In this document: positions 41,574-57,339 of the stretch, piece by piece | How positions within the stretch are numbered: position 1 is the first letter of the stretch | Layout: the number at the start of each line of letters is the position of its first letter | From: Chrysomallon squamiferum | Lineage: Eukaryota; Animalia; Mollusca | Assembly (NCBI GenBank): GCA_012295275.1 | Contig: CM022673.1 | Coordinates: 22,754,001-22,818,000, forward strand | Length of the DNA: 64,000 nt | Direction: 5' to 3' | Program-made: the position numbers and the translations under genes | The notes under the pieces: model-generated | Told to the model about the DNA's origin: nothing | What the model saw: only the letters and a program-made list of their open reading frames with translations | The model's database searches: none

Positions 41574-42999
41574 TCATTGTAATGTCTTATCTGTTGTTCG
41601 TCTAAAGTGTGTAAGCAACACGTTCACAAAAGAAGGTTTTGATGATAAGGTGTGGACGGGAAATAGCTGAACTGATGCAATGAGAAGAGTTGACAATCTT
41701 CTGGGAGTAACTAACAAAATAACTGCTAAACTAAATTAACTCGTTCAAGACTCAACTTTAAAGAAAAAAAAAGGGAAAAAAAAGAAGCTGATTTTCAGAA
41801 AGCAATAAACTGATTTAAAGTGTACATGCTGTAGTACGATTTAGCATCTAAAAATAATATTTTATAACCTTCAAAGTATTTGCTTTATTTATTTATGGCG
41901 ATTGATCTTTGCTAATAATTAATTATAAAAATAAAATTAAAAAATGGCAAAAGCTGGCATTTTCTCTTTAATTAAAAAATTATTTATATATCAGAAATAA
42001 AAAACAAATCTGATAAAGTGTAAATTATTACAAAATATGAGTATCCGTATTTCATCAGAATTTTTTTTTATACAGATGTCAAGAGTAAAGAAAAATATCA
42101 GCCCCCGTCGAGACATGACTTAATTTTGTCATGTTTAATCATTAGAAAAACTATAACCTTAGCGACAACAACAGTAATAATAACAACAAAAATTTCAAAG
42201 CAAATCAGAAGTTGTACGCTTGAGTTAAGACAATACTTACAGTCTGGTGTCTAAAAGTGATGGGTCGCCTCTTTTCACTGCAATACCGCGACATTTGGGT
42301 GCGAATGGATAAATCCTGAAATGCATAAATAATAGACAACTATACTGACATGCTGTGTCTTTAACTGAAGCATATATGAAACAGACAACTATACTGACAT
42401 GCTACATCTTTGATGACGTTACTGAAGTATGTACGAAGGGAATGAATGGGTTGTCATTATATTATTTATTTATTTATTTATTTTCATTTTTATTTTTGTT
42501 GGTCTTTTTACTGACATCTCAACATTTTGATTTTTTTGTACAAAACTGATAGGAAATCCATTTTCGCCATCCAACCTTTTTCTCTTATCGTCCAGGACCA
42601 GAAATGTTTTATATACAACCTCACCCAGTTGAATAAAATATAAAATTTTATGTCAGTAGATGCTGTGTTAACTATCCAAACATTTCAGTGTGTGATAACT
42701 TGTGAGAGTTCAGTCGGAGGTCAGAGGTACAATTGATTAGCAAATGTTTTTGGCTTACGTGTTTTACATAATCACCTGTTGATGTTTTCTCTCAAACTCA
42801 CGATTAGTAACTTCGTAATAAGTAAATGTCAGCGGAGGTTAATACATTACCTATTTAGACAGTGCATGGTTATTTCAACACCAGATGACTATTATTATAA
42901 TTATTATCTTGTCTTAGAAAACATGATACACATTATAAGACAAATTAAAATATTCTGTGATAATATAAAATTACATAATTTTATATATATATATATATG

Positions 43000-43032
<33 letters not shown>

Positions 43033-43995
43033 ACTCATATATATCTGAAATGTTGTTTACATTTTTATTAACGATGTAACGATGACTATATATATATATA
43101 TATATACACGTACACGCACACACACATACAAAAATACATACATACATATGTGTGTGCGTATGAATTTATAAATCGATGTATGTATGTATATATATATATT
43201 ATATATTGTCATCGTTACATAACTAATAAAAAGGTAAACAAGCTTTCAGATATATATATATATATTTACAAAAGAAGAATACTTTGGTTGGTACAAGTCA
43301 TAATGTAAAAGATATTTTTAATGGTATTTTTCTTTGTTGGGGAGGGAAATGTCAAACAGATTTGTATTATTTACTTAATTTATAATTTTATTTTATTATT
43401 TTTAATTTAAATTTACTACTACTATTTCATCATTCATTCATTCATTCATTGTTGTTATTATTATTATTATCATTACTTCTGTTCGTATTGATTAACTAAA
43501 ACTCATCTTTTACACGCACTTTCTTACAGACGTCTTGTTTCACTGAACGTGCAGCCAATACATATTCTGTGTATTACACAGTGGCGTACTTTAGTATGAA
43601 AGTATGACACGTTCCATGGGCGCCATTCAGCTTTTTCTCTTAAGCTTGACTTTTTATTTTTTTTGTAAGCTTGGTATTTTTTAGCTGTTTTTATGTAAAA
43701 TTATCTGAAACATGTTTGATTTTTGGACAGGGGAGCAATTTCAGTGATTGATATAAAAGCTATTTTCCGAGGATGAATATTTCATTAATTTTGTACGAAT
43801 TTGTTTTTAATTCAATGCTCAAGATGTGCCATACACGCGAGTAAATACAGTATATTTATTTAACTAAAATCTTCTCATTTTAAAAATTGATACTTACGAA
43901 CAGTTAACGTGTTTCGTTTGTACCAGACACGACATTGCCAGCAAAACCAAGCCAATAATCAGAGTGAGCCTCTCCACGGAACTCAGATTTTTCAT
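41574..43995 (-). CDS. Elevenin: Elevenin (L11-family) neuropeptide precursor; exons 43898-43995, 42241-42315 and probable 41574-41700
   Basis: MKNLSSVERLTLIIGLVLLAMSCLVQT (signal peptide), KHVNCSIYPFAPKCRGIAV, KR, GDPSLLDTRL...; the CX8C with FAPxCRG plus dibasic site is the elevenin signature; first two exons have GTAAGT donors (phase 2); last exon less certain. Confidence 0.88.
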
Positions 43996-44455
43996 ATCTG
44001 AAAAGATTTTTAAAAAAAAGACAATTTTTAAATCTGTGCGAAAGACATTATATTTTTATATAGTTTAAAATAAAACACGCGATACATATAATGATATACA
44101 GATTTAAATACGAATGCATTCTGATGCAATATTACGAAATATGACGTAACATAACATAACATAGAATATCAGAACAGAGCATGATATGGTGTTATACCAA
44201 AATATAACATAAATGGACGACATGATATAAAATAGCATAACAAGATGTAACAAAGCAATGTAACATAGCGAATTATAACAAAATTTAGCATGAACTAACA
44301 GAGGAGAACAGATAAAAAACTATTATATATATATTTATTTATTTATTTAGTTAGTTATTTTAAATAAAACGTAAAGGAGTGGCTTTATTACCGATGAGAA
44401 TTATAAACGTTCTTAAATAAATAAATTTTTTAATGCACCCCTTTTTTAAACAATT

Positions 44456-44488
<33 letters not shown>

Positions 44489-45329
44489 AAAGAAAGAAAA
44501 ACGTACGAAAGAAAATAATTATAATGTTCGGTTGATTAGCTTACAGTTTCCACTAAATTTGTTCATGTCGACAGTTACAGAAACTGTCGGAACCGAAGTT
44601 GTGGGGATTGTGAACGCTGCCACATCTATATTTTGACAATTTTATGATTTGCAAGAGAAGATCTCATTTATTTGAAATCAGAGAAACAATTATTTTCGTT
44701 CATACATCAAATACGTATTGATCAACACGATTGTGTAATCAATGTTTCTCTCTGCGTGATTTAATTTCTGCAGACCAAAGGGTCGCTGTTCAGCGTGAAC
44801 GCAGGACAAACAGACTCGGCAAATTAACGTCATGTTAGACACATACAGCACTTCAAATCTAATCTTACGTCAGTGGTGAAAGATCGTTTCTTTTCTTTTT
44901 TTTAATCTCCTTCTGAGATGTATATCAGTAGAGCTTTTCTTCTTACATGCAGTAGCTGATTGGCAAATGTGTTTTTATCTAAAGTCACTTTGTTATTTTC
45001 ATTCTGAGCAACCCCCTCCCCGCTACCCCCAAACAATTCCTCAGTCGAAACTGATACGATGTCATTGAAACGTTATTAAATTAAAATGAAATATCACCAC
45101 AGTTATTAAGTTAAAGTTAAATCAAATAAATGCTGTGTTATTCTGAAGACAGTTTGGTCCAAATGTATTAACTGTACGTCGTTTCTTTCAGGATTTGAAA
45201 TACAAATTCAAACATCTTATTCCAGAGATCAGAATGTTTACTTTCTAATTTCTATACTCAAAAACATAAATAAGATAACTGCGTCTATAGTAGCAAACAG
45301 ATAAAGAGACAGATGTATTGAGAGACGTT

Positions 45330-46090
45330 CTAAAGAACACAGCTCTGTATCTCTACAGTAACAAGTAGATATACAGAGACACAACTATGTATGTCTTTAG
45401 TATACGTAGATAAAGAGATATATATATATATTGACAGGCTTTCTAAAGAACATAATTTTATATGTCTATGGTAACAAGTAGAAAAAAAGACATATGTATT
45501 GAGAGTAGTTCTAAAGAACACAGCTCTGTATCTCTACAGTAACAAGTAGATATACAGAGAGAGTTCTATAGAACACAGCTGTGTTTAGTATACAAGTAGA
45601 TATACAGAGAGAGTTCTATAGAACACAGTTATGTATGTCTTTAGTATACAAGTAGATATACAGAGAGAGTTCTATAGAACACAGCTGTGTTTAGTATACA
45701 AGTAGATATACAGAGAGAGTTCTATAGAACATAGCTGTGTATGTCTTTAGTATACAAGTAGATATACAGAGAGAGTTCTATAGAACACAGCTGTGTTTAG
45801 TATACAAGTAGATATACAGAGAGAGTTCTATAGAACATAGCTGTGTATGTCTTTAGTATACAAGTAGATATACAGAGAGAGTTCTATAGAACACAGTTAT
45901 GTATGTCTTTAGTATACAAGTAGATATACAGAGAGAGTTCTATAGAACACAGCTGTGTATGTCTTTAGTATACAAGTAGATTTACAGAATTCTATAGAAC
46001 ACAGCTGTGTATGTCTTTAGTATACAAGTAGATATACAGAGAGAGTTCTATAGAACACAGCTGTGTTTAGTATACAAGTAGATAAAGAGA
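45330..46090. repeat. 50/56-bp minisatellite
   Basis: TAGTATACAAGTAGATATACAGAGAGAGTTCTATAGAACACAGCTGTG(TATGTC)TT repeated about a dozen times. Confidence 0.9.
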
Positions 46091-46658
46091 TGCATGTTAC
46101 AGAGAGGCGTTCTGAAGAGCATAGTTTTGTATGTCTGTAGTATATAAAGAAGCAGATATGTTGAGAGACAGTTTTTATTGTTTATCAAGTAAATAAAGAG
46201 AGGAATAGAGAACATATCTACGTATGTATAATAATAATACGTACATAAAGAAAGATATTTTGATATATAGACATAGATATAGAGTATATAGTAACAAGTA
46301 AAGAAATAAGTGGAAAGTGTTTTAAACAACACAGCTATGTATGTGTGTAACTGACGTGTGGGGAAACGTTCTGCAGTTCAAGCAGCTAAGCTGAGCTATT
46401 TGCCTGTCATTTGCAGCAAAGCATCTTTTATATACACAGTACACTGGACAGCAAAGCAGCTGTTTGACATTGACTGCAACGAGAAATAGTTCAACACTGA
46501 TGAAGCAAACTGCAAATGCTGTATGATTATTGTTTGGATGATGATTTGCATGTTAAAAAGAAAAACGTATAAAATCTGACGACATCAGTGATATTATTTT
46601 ACAGTGTTCTTGGTACTGACTCGAACAATAAAATAACAAGCAGAAGATTATTAATTAC

Positions 46659-46697
<39 letters not shown>

Positions 46698-46749
46698 TAT
46701 GTTTGCGCGTCTTGTTTTTATATCATGCTGTTTCACTTTAAAGAATATG

Positions 46750-47100
46750 GTAACAGGTAGCAAAACAGTGTTTCACCATCAAAGTGTTATCACGAATATC
46801 AGTGAGGCATGCCGTAACGGTTAACATAGTGATATTATTCTATCTCGTTTCACTATCAACGAGTGATATCAGCGAGACATATTGTAATATACAACACGAA
46901 CCTGTTTCACTGTCAGCCTGTAATCACTGATAACAAAGAACTGTACTGAAACATGCAGCTCAAACGTGTTTCATTATCAAGTAGTTAGAATAGCAACGAG
47001 GCTGTTGTAACATACAAAACTGCCGTGTTTCACTATCACAGTGTTATCACGGATATCAATGAAACGATATTTCATCACATAACTGTAGCAATATCAAAGC
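46750..47100. repeat. Degenerate tandem repeat
   Basis: Recurrent GTTTCACTATCA..GTGTTATCACG.ATATCA motifs. Confidence 0.5.
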
Positions 47101-47582
47101 ATGTTTTTTTTATTATTATTCCTGTGTTCTAGAAACGACGTTAAACGAACAAATTAACTGCTTCTGTCTGGTCAAAGGTATTAGCAGGAATAGCATCCTA
47201 GCTGTTTAGAATACTGATGAATCAAAATCGTTAGAAAGAGAATCAACTGAAAACTGAATCATGTTCATTCTTATTCAATAATCAGTGGTGTAATTTTACT
47301 AATAATTATTACTGTTATTGTTATTATTATATTTATGTTTGTATTTGTATTATGATAATAATAATAATAATAATAACAAATTTGAAAAAAAATCAGTATC
47401 AAAGTAGTAAAATAAAGAAAGCTTTCTTTATAGTAAAAAAACAAAAAGAATGTAAGGAATGTCGACTTCACAATGGGGACATTAACAGTGCAGATGGATA
47501 TCTATTGAAAATCAGATTTAGAAACAGAGAATTCTTTACAAGTTTAACAATAGATTTATTATCTAAAACTAGTTTTATACGT

Positions 47583-47695
<113 letters not shown>

Positions 47696-48746
47696 GATAA
47701 TCAGAAAATACGTAGATAAGATAATGATGATGTTAATGTTAAATTAAATATTATTTAATTTTTTATTTTTTATTTTGTTTTTTACAAAATTCGGTCTAAG
47801 AACAGTCACTTGATTGTTACTAATGCGCAAGTGTGGTCTTTATATATTACTTTATGACGTATCAAATTAAATTGAATGTTTTCGAGTGTCTGGTTAATTT
47901 GCAATTCTTGTTATTTACACTGATCCACTTTAGTCTGAAATTCAACACATATTCGAGTTGCTGGGGGCAGATAAGAACTGATTAATTTTAGATTCATACG
48001 ACTAAATATCAAAATGACTTCAGAAGAGAGAGTGAGGGAGAGAGAGGGAGGGAGAGAGAAAGAGAGAGAGAGAGAGAGAGTGAGAGAAGAGAGAATAAAG
48101 AAGAAACGAAAAACAAACAAAACAAACGAAAACAAAAATGGGAGAAAGATAAGGATATATTTATATTATGAAAACAAAAGAATATTCAGTTATTATGGTA
48201 ATTATAGAAGAGGTGTATAAAAGGGGTGTACAAATTTTAATTTACCTTAACAGTTATCATAGCACAATTCTTTATTCTAATTACAGCTATTACCCACGAA
48301 AACTTACTTGAAAATAACCCAAACCCAAATACAGGAAAAGATTGTCTTAAAGTGACATTGGCAAATAATATAAATATAACACGAATATAAAAGTACTGTC
48401 TTAAAACGGGTTTGCAATATAGCTAAACTGAAAATATAACATAAGGCGATTGAAATAATTTGAGACATGCTAAAAATATAAGACTGAATTATAATTGAAA
48501 GAATAACATTAACATAAGGCAAATAAAATATTTTCGAAATACAACGTGAATATAACTTAAATGAAACATCAATGATAATTAACACTGAATTGTAATGAAA
48601 ATATCATGTCAATATAAGTCGACTGAAATACACTAAACATGTAACATCAGTAAAACTTGAATAATATGTACTTAAAGTCTGATATGAATGTAACAAACAC
48701 TGCAACATGTGTGAAACTAAAGTTTCGATGTGATGAATTAAAATAC

Positions 48747-49050
48747 CTTTGCTGCTTATTTTTCTCCTCTTGATAACGATCCAGAAAGTGTAGAGAAAAG
48801 CCACAAACTAGCAAAGACCTCCTTCTGTTCGACGTTTGTTCAGTGCTTTCAGCAGATGTCAACAGGGGAAACGTCTTTTATAGATCTGCTTCGTTCCGTA
48901 ACACTAGTTCTTGTGCTTTCCTTGTCCTGGGGTTGGCCAATTTATTCCTAGCAACGCCCACAGTTTTCCAAAGATGTGATTGGCCGTGGACTCATTACTG
49001 AGGATCTTTCCTGGAGAAGCGCGAAGTGACGTTTCCAGTCTACGTGACGC
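48747..49050 (-). promoter_or_regulatory. Candidate elevenin promoter and non-coding first exon
   Basis: Minus-strand TATAAAAG at 48875-48882, CCAAT at 48937 and 48979, CRE half-sites TGACG at 49027 and 49045, AAG/GTATTT donor at 48746; the ATG exon has an acceptor 2 nt before the ATG, so an upstream UTR exon is required. Confidence 0.5.
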
Positions 49051-49424
49051 GACGTTTTCGTATTGCGACAAAGAACTGCACTAATAAAACAAACAGCTGA
49101 TGACTAACTAAGGCAGTTACACCAATTGTCTTTACGTCGTTTGTATTAAGTCTGGGATAATTGGGAAATGCAAGCAAGGACTGGCTGATGGTAGAATAAA
49201 AAAACAAACATTTGTCAAAATTGACTGAAGATGCGCGTGCACTTTGTTTGATACACGCACACACCCACGCATATACAGTTTCTTCTTTCTTCTCTCTTTC
49301 TTGTGTCTTTCTCCTTTTTAGCTCTTTTTCTTTCTGTATCTCTGTCTCTGCCTAGTTTTGTCTGTTTCTCTTTCTAGTTCTCTGCCTGAATCTCTTTCAG
49401 TCTTTCTGTTTGGCCATCTTTCTC

Positions 49425-49459
<35 letters not shown>

Positions 49460-49497
49460 TATGCATTCAGATCCATCTGTGTATATCTATCTATCTA

Positions 49498-49534
<37 letters not shown>

Positions 49535-49539
49535 ATGTG

Positions 49540-49589
<50 letters not shown>

Positions 49590-50109
49590 TACATACACAC
49601 ACACACAATCACACACACATACAGACACACACATACACACACAATCACACACACATACAGACACACACATACACACACACACACATATATATGTCTGACA
49701 GTCTATCTATCTGTCCGTCTGTCTGTCTGTTTACCTGACTGTCTGTCTATATGTCTGTTTGTATCAAAATAACCAGATTTGTGACCTGATAAACCCTGAT
49801 TAAGGTTTTAATTTTGCTCTAAACTAGCGGAAATCAGTTTTCCTGGCAAAGTACACTATCCAGAAGGTTTCATCTTTTAATATGTCACAAATCGCTGGTT
49901 TAATCACATTATTAACTAAATGATAATTAATGACAAATTTATAATTATATAACAGATAATTCATATAATGAAAACGTTACCACATTCAAATAAACACATA
50001 CACACCCAAGTATACATACACGTACACACACATGCACCCATACAAATATATACATACCTACGTACATAACTATACCATACATGCATACATACAGACACAC
50101 ACACACACA

Positions 50110-50488
50110 CATACATAAATACATACATACATATATACATACATACATCATACATACATACATACATACATATATACATACATATACATATATACATACA
50201 TATACATAGATACATATATACATACATACATATATACATACATACATATACATAGATACATACATACATACATACATACATACATACATACATACATACA
50301 TACATACATACATACATACATACATACATACATACATACATACATACATACATACATAGATACATAGATACATACATACATATACATACATACATACATA
50401 CATACATACATACATACATACATACATACATACATACATACATACATACATACATACATACATACATACATACATACATACATACATA
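50110..50488. repeat. (CATA)n microsatellite
   Basis: Long TACA/CATA run; source of the spurious MYVC ORFs. Confidence 0.95.
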
Positions 50489-50498
50489 AACACAAGGT

Positions 50499-50690
50499 GG
50501 TCTCGATGGCCGAACGGTAACGTCGTCCGCTTTCGGAGTGTCATACGTTCGAATCTCGACGGGTTTGTGAGGTCGTGATTGGACTTTGTCCTCCTGCGCC
50601 AGTGCGTTCATGAATACTGTCTATGTGCAGAGTCTAATCAGACGTACATAAGACAGAGAATATTCAAAATCCTAAACTACGTACATACAT
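50499..50690 (+). mobile_element. tRNA-derived SINE
   Basis: Pol III A-box TGGCCGAACGG (50507-50517) and B-box GTTCGAATC (50547-50555), unrelated body, short TACA tail. Confidence 0.65.
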
Positions 50691-51120
50691 AGTATTTTTT
50701 GTTCAGAATCTCATGGAATACGACGACGATGATGATAAAGATGATAATAATAATAAATAATAATAATAACGATAACAGTAATAAGCAATAACAGCAGTAG
50801 TAACAGAATTAATTGTAGTAGTAGTCGTCGTTCTTATGTAGTAGTAATAGTAGCAGCATAGTAACAGTAGCAGTCAGTACATTGAAGCTTGAAATGTTAT
50901 GGAGGCAATTCGCCAGCAGCGACAAGATCTGGACAACCTCTGTTTTCTTCTTCAGTGATCTTGTTCCAAGACAGAATAGCTTTTTTTTAATTTAATAATT
51001 TAACCACAGTATCTCAGATCTGGATGAAAATTGTTAAGAACTGTGGACTAAATTCTGTTCTAGGTGTCCCTCCTGTAATAGGTGTCCTGAAGTTTAAGCT
51101 TCATTAGTTTGATACCGCCC

Positions 51121-51177
<57 letters not shown>

Positions 51178-51223
51178 AGATAACAAAAATAGGAAATAAA
51201 TTCAGATTTAAAACATTCTGTAA

Positions 51224-52012
<789 letters not shown>

Positions 52013-52159
52013 CTGTCTTTTTTTTTCTCTCTCAATGAACATCAGAGTGTAGCTGGCATTTTAATAAAAGTTTTATTTTACTTCAGCATGTTGCATAATA
52101 TAAAATGATTAACATCATATCTCCGTATGACGTTATACTTGTTCAACACGAGTATGGAA

Positions 52160-52636
52160 TCAACTGAGTGTTTAAGTGTTATTAGATGTCATCATTTTGT
52201 ATCTGTCTTTTTTTCTCTCTCTCAATGTCACTCTTTATCTCAATGAACATCAGGGTGTAGTTGGCATTTTAATAAAATGTATACTAAAACCAAAAACATC
52301 ATTTGCCATTTTATTACATCAGAATGCATCAAGTTTTTATTTTACTTCAGCATGTTGCATAAAACCATCACCATATGGAATCAGCTGAGTGTTTAAGTGT
52401 TATTAGATGTCATCATTTTGTATCTGTCTTTTTTTCTCTCTCTCAATGTCACTCTTTATCTCAATGAACATCAGGGTGTAGTTGGCATTTTAATCAAATG
52501 TATACTAAAACCAAAAACATCATTTGCCATTTTATTACATCAGAATGCATCAAGTTTTTATTTTACTTCAGCATGTTGCATAAAACCATCACCATATGGA
52601 ATCAGCTGAGTGTTTAAGTGTTATTAGATGTCATCG
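52160..52636. repeat. 221-bp near-perfect tandem duplication
   Basis: Identical ORF translations at 52176 and 52397 (period 221). Confidence 0.9.
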
Positions 52637-53595
52637 TTTTAAATCGATAAATACCTCTGAAAATCTAAAAATAACTATCCACAGTAAAAACAGAGAAAGA
52701 AAAAGGAGATATGTATATGAATGCGTGTGTACGTTGTTTTTTTCTCAATAATTCGTTTTTTTTTTTTTATTATTTTTTTTTTCAGAATTCTGATAAAACG
52801 TAATTACCACTGACAGACTATTGAATGAAATGGTAAATACAAAAAAAAAAAAAAAAAAAAAAAGGATATTAAATAAATAAATAAATAAATAAATAAAAGT
52901 AATAAAAGAAAAATAACAGAAAAGAAATAACATTATATTTCATCTGTTTGAATTTGTAGTCTACAATAAAAAATAAAAAATAAAAAAAGTATTAATGTGT
53001 TTAAATTACACGTGCCTACCTCTCCATTAATAAAACTACCCGCCAGAATATAATTTATTTCCGACACTCACTAATTATTTTAACTTTTTTTCTCTTTAGG
53101 GAATACATTTTTTTATTCCTAAAAACAGGTACGTTGTGATGACCTTCTTTCATTTCCTTTCTTTCTTTGTCCCTCTTTCTTTCCTACACGCGTCCACTGA
53201 TTTAGAGCATCTGGATTAACAACACTAAACACATTGTAAGCATTAACCTTGTAAAAAGCTTGCAACATTCTCTCTTCAAAACCTCCCACTTGTCGACACA
53301 TATAAACATTTCTTTCAGCACATCGACATTAAGGAAGACAGCTTCAAATTTACTGTCGTCTGAATTTTCCCTTGGTGTCTTCCTACGAGCTTTATTATCA
53401 TGAAGTGATTAATTTCAACAACACTGACACAGAAAACGGTTTAAAAGTTTCATTTTCATAGGTTAGGTTTTGTTATTTTTGAACTTTTTGGAATAAAAAC
53501 TGTGATATTAATATGTATATTTTAAAATTAATATAAATATACTAGTACTAAAGCTATTACTACTGCTGCTGCTCCTGTTGCTACATTCTTTGCAC

Positions 53596-53672
<77 letters not shown>

Positions 53673-55077
53673 CATATCTATCCACATACATACATACATA
53701 CATACATACATTTATTTTTTAAAAGAATATTATACCCAAAAATAAAAAATATAAATCTAAAACAACCCAGATATTACGATCATGATCAATAACTCAAAAA
53801 TGTCCTAATAAATAAAAAAATACATACATACATACATACATACATACATACATACATACATACATACATACACACATACACACTCTTAATCAGCGAGAGC
53901 ATAATTACTGATCGAAACCTTTTGGTGATAATCTAAGGTACAGTTATTGGTTAGCTTTCTGAAAGGAAAGTACACTTGACAATTATTGTGAAACGATATC
54001 ATAATTCATGTAGAAGTGATACCGTGAAGCCAAAAGTGGCGCACAGAAGAGATGATTAACGTCAAGACAATTACGTATTTATGTTATAATACCTTTGAAA
54101 TTTCATCCTAATTCTAATATGCATAATCCGCACACCATTCGGCACCGTTGAAAGTATATCTGTGGCTGTGCATGTGGATAGAGACATGCCTACACATATG
54201 AAATCTGTTGTAACATTCAAAAGGGTTCTCTCGTTTCATTTCCAGTGGAATATATATGAACGAAGATTACAAATCGTAAAAATACTCTTATTCAAGAACA
54301 GTTATAGGTTTTCAGGGGAAAAGAAGAAGAAGAAAAAAGTTAGAAAGGGCTGTTTTATCGTTGAACAATTGAATTGAGTATCATTATAAAGAAATGTAAT
54401 AATGATGATGATGATGGTGATGATAAAACAATATGAGATCAGTAGCAACAGAAGCAACAGCAGCAGCAGTAAGAACAACTTCAACAATAAAAACAACAAT
54501 TACAGCAACAATATCTGTATCAGTAACAACAATAACAACAACGACAACGACGACGACAATAGCAACTACACTAATAATAATAATAATAATAATAATAATA
54601 GTAATAATAATAATACCAGTAGCAACAATTAAGCTTACATGTATCTGACATTACCCACTGCTATCATACATTTCTGTTAAAACCGGATCTTATTACACAG
54701 AATTGTATGGCCAGCTTTAATCGCCAATGTTTAATTAATACTGTATCACATGGAATCATCCTTGACCTGTATCGTGATGTTTAATGTCAGGTTTCATGTG
54801 TAATATGCCATTAGACGTTTTTATTTGTTGTTGTAACTGCATTGGTTAATTTAGATAATGAATATATTTAATATGTACTGCAAATTTTAGATATCGATGA
54901 GACTTAATTACAATCTGAGCTATCTTAACATGTACAAAAATGGTTAAAGATCCATTTAAGCGGATTTTGTTTTTGTTTGTTAATTCAGTTTATGTACAAG
55001 AGTAGTGTATTATAAGGTAAAGGTGGCATTAAATTAGTTTTAACGGATAGTTTTAGAGAATATTATCTTACACACGT

Positions 55078-55177
<100 letters not shown>

Positions 55178-57339
55178 TGTTCGTTTATATATTTACCTAC
55201 CTCAAATATATAAATAATGATTATGTCAGATTATCTTTTGCTAGTTGACAACAAATACAGAAGACGTTGATCAATATATACATAATAAAAATAATAACAT
55301 ACAAAGACAATGCTTTATTTTTTTTTATTATTATTTGAATGTGCCTTAACATTTTTGATGTTATGAAACTGAAACAATTTCAGAAATGTAACATAACCTG
55401 GTTATATTTTATTGTTGATCAAAAATTCCAAACATTGCTAAAATTATTTAAAGTACTGAATTTGCATAATCTTACAATATCTCTCTTAGAATAAATATTG
55501 AAAATCTGAATCTGAAAGCTGGAGAAATATTGACTATAATTCTTAAAAGCAAAGACTCTAAGTGACTATTTGAATTACTGTATTAGGACCCCTGCTACTG
55601 TTGCTTAAGTTAACAATTTTCTTTCTCCAGATGACAACTTCTGCAGGTCAACTGCTAGTGATGTCTACCAATAACAAAACATGAGGTGCTAACAAACCAG
55701 CTTTAATTTTCGTTTACCTTGGAAACATTAAATACCAATTTGTACTTCATTTTTTAAAGTGATAATTATTATTTTCATTTTTTTTCATCAGCTTTTTAAT
55801 TGAATTAAACAGAAAATATAGATTACAAAAATTGGAAGACATTTCCATTTGTACATTTTGAACTAATATTTTGAATTTTTCCAAAATGTAACAAATAAGG
55901 GTTTAATTTTTATTCACCTTGGAAACATTAAATACCAATTTGTACTTCATTTTTTAAAGTTATAATTATTTTATTTTATATATATTATTTATTTATATAT
56001 TTATTACCTTTTTTTTTTTTTTTTTCTTTTTTTTCATAAGCTTTTTAATTGAATTAAACAGAAAATACAGATTCCATTTGTACATTTTTGAACTAATTTT
56101 TTGAATTTTTTCAAAATGTAAAAGGCAAGTTATAAAATATTCAGAAAAATTTCATTTATGTACATTGTTTTCTCATTATTTTCTCTTATTTTTTATCGTT
56201 TCTAAATTATTATTTCTTATTTTTAAAGATTCATTATTGAAATAATTCTATTATTCTTTCTAAAGTGGGAAGGTTAATAAAAGCTGGCAGAAATGTCTAA
56301 ACAGAAATAACTGAATATTTAAGTTTTGTTATCTAGACAGTTTATAAGTCATTTCAACTTGAAGATCACCATGTTTCTTCTAACAAAAAATAACAAAGTC
56401 ATTGTTAATGCAAATAAAATTTTAATTTAGTTAACATAAACCGTTAGAAATATATTAGAAATATATTATTAGTATTATATTATTCAATTATATTAATGTT
56501 GATTACTTCCAGCAAACCCTGATTTAAATAACATTATAAAGATAAAAGTTTTTTGTTTGTTTTATAAAAAATTGTAATTATCCCTAATTACATAATCTTC
56601 AGTGATATTTACATTGATTACCCCCAGCAAACCCTTGATTTCCCCTAATTTAAATAATAATAATAAAAAAGATAGAAGAAATGTTTTGTGTTGTGTTTTT
56701 TTTCATAAAAAATTCTAATTACTCCTAATTATAACATTAAAATATATTTAAACTCTGATTACCCCTTGCAAACCCTGATTTTCCCTTGATTTAAATAATA
56801 TAAAAGTTAGATTATTATAAAAATTAATAGTTATATAGATTATTCAAAAAACAAACAACACACACACAAACTACTACCACCTAAAAACAACAAATAATAG
56901 AACTTTCACCTTATAAATTGTCTTCTTTAGTGTTGAAACACTAATATAAAAATGCATTTTAAACCCTATGAATAATTAAGTAGTATCAGTGACAACAAAG
57001 ATATGAATAAATTCTTAAGAACTTTTAATTCAGCAACAAATAATTTACATTATATTTTCTTACAAATTAACAGCCTTTTTCATCAATGTATATCTGATTA
57101 GGGCTAACAATAAAAAAATAAAAGATAAAAAATGCTAGTAATGACAAAAATATTATTTTAAATTCTAATTAATTTTAAACGTTAATTTTTATACAAATAT
57201 CATCATCATCTTTATCAGTTAAAGTGGTGACACATGTAAAAGGAAAAAGAAAAGACAGTGTTAACTTACTTGGTCTCTTCAAGTTCTGTTTGATCTTTTT
57301 TGTGTGGTCGTTTAATGTTCCCAACACCAGTAACCGTTA

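Noticed and set aside
50499-50570. Functional tRNA gene
   Set aside because: A and B boxes are present but I see no complete cloverleaf, and it continues into a SINE-like body
49945-50611. Long ORFs of MYVC repeats (also 41140-41670 and the ERER ORFs at 51104, 51734, 62193)
   Set aside because: Translations of (CATA)n, (TG)n and (AG)n microsatellites
51064-51110. GVPPV segment as the next GABA-B-like exon
   Set aside because: Lacks the conserved Asp and the TM1 stretch and reaches a stop after about 14 codons
53119-53410. Short minus-strand ORFs as another gene
   Set aside because: No recognisable motif or consistent splice partners
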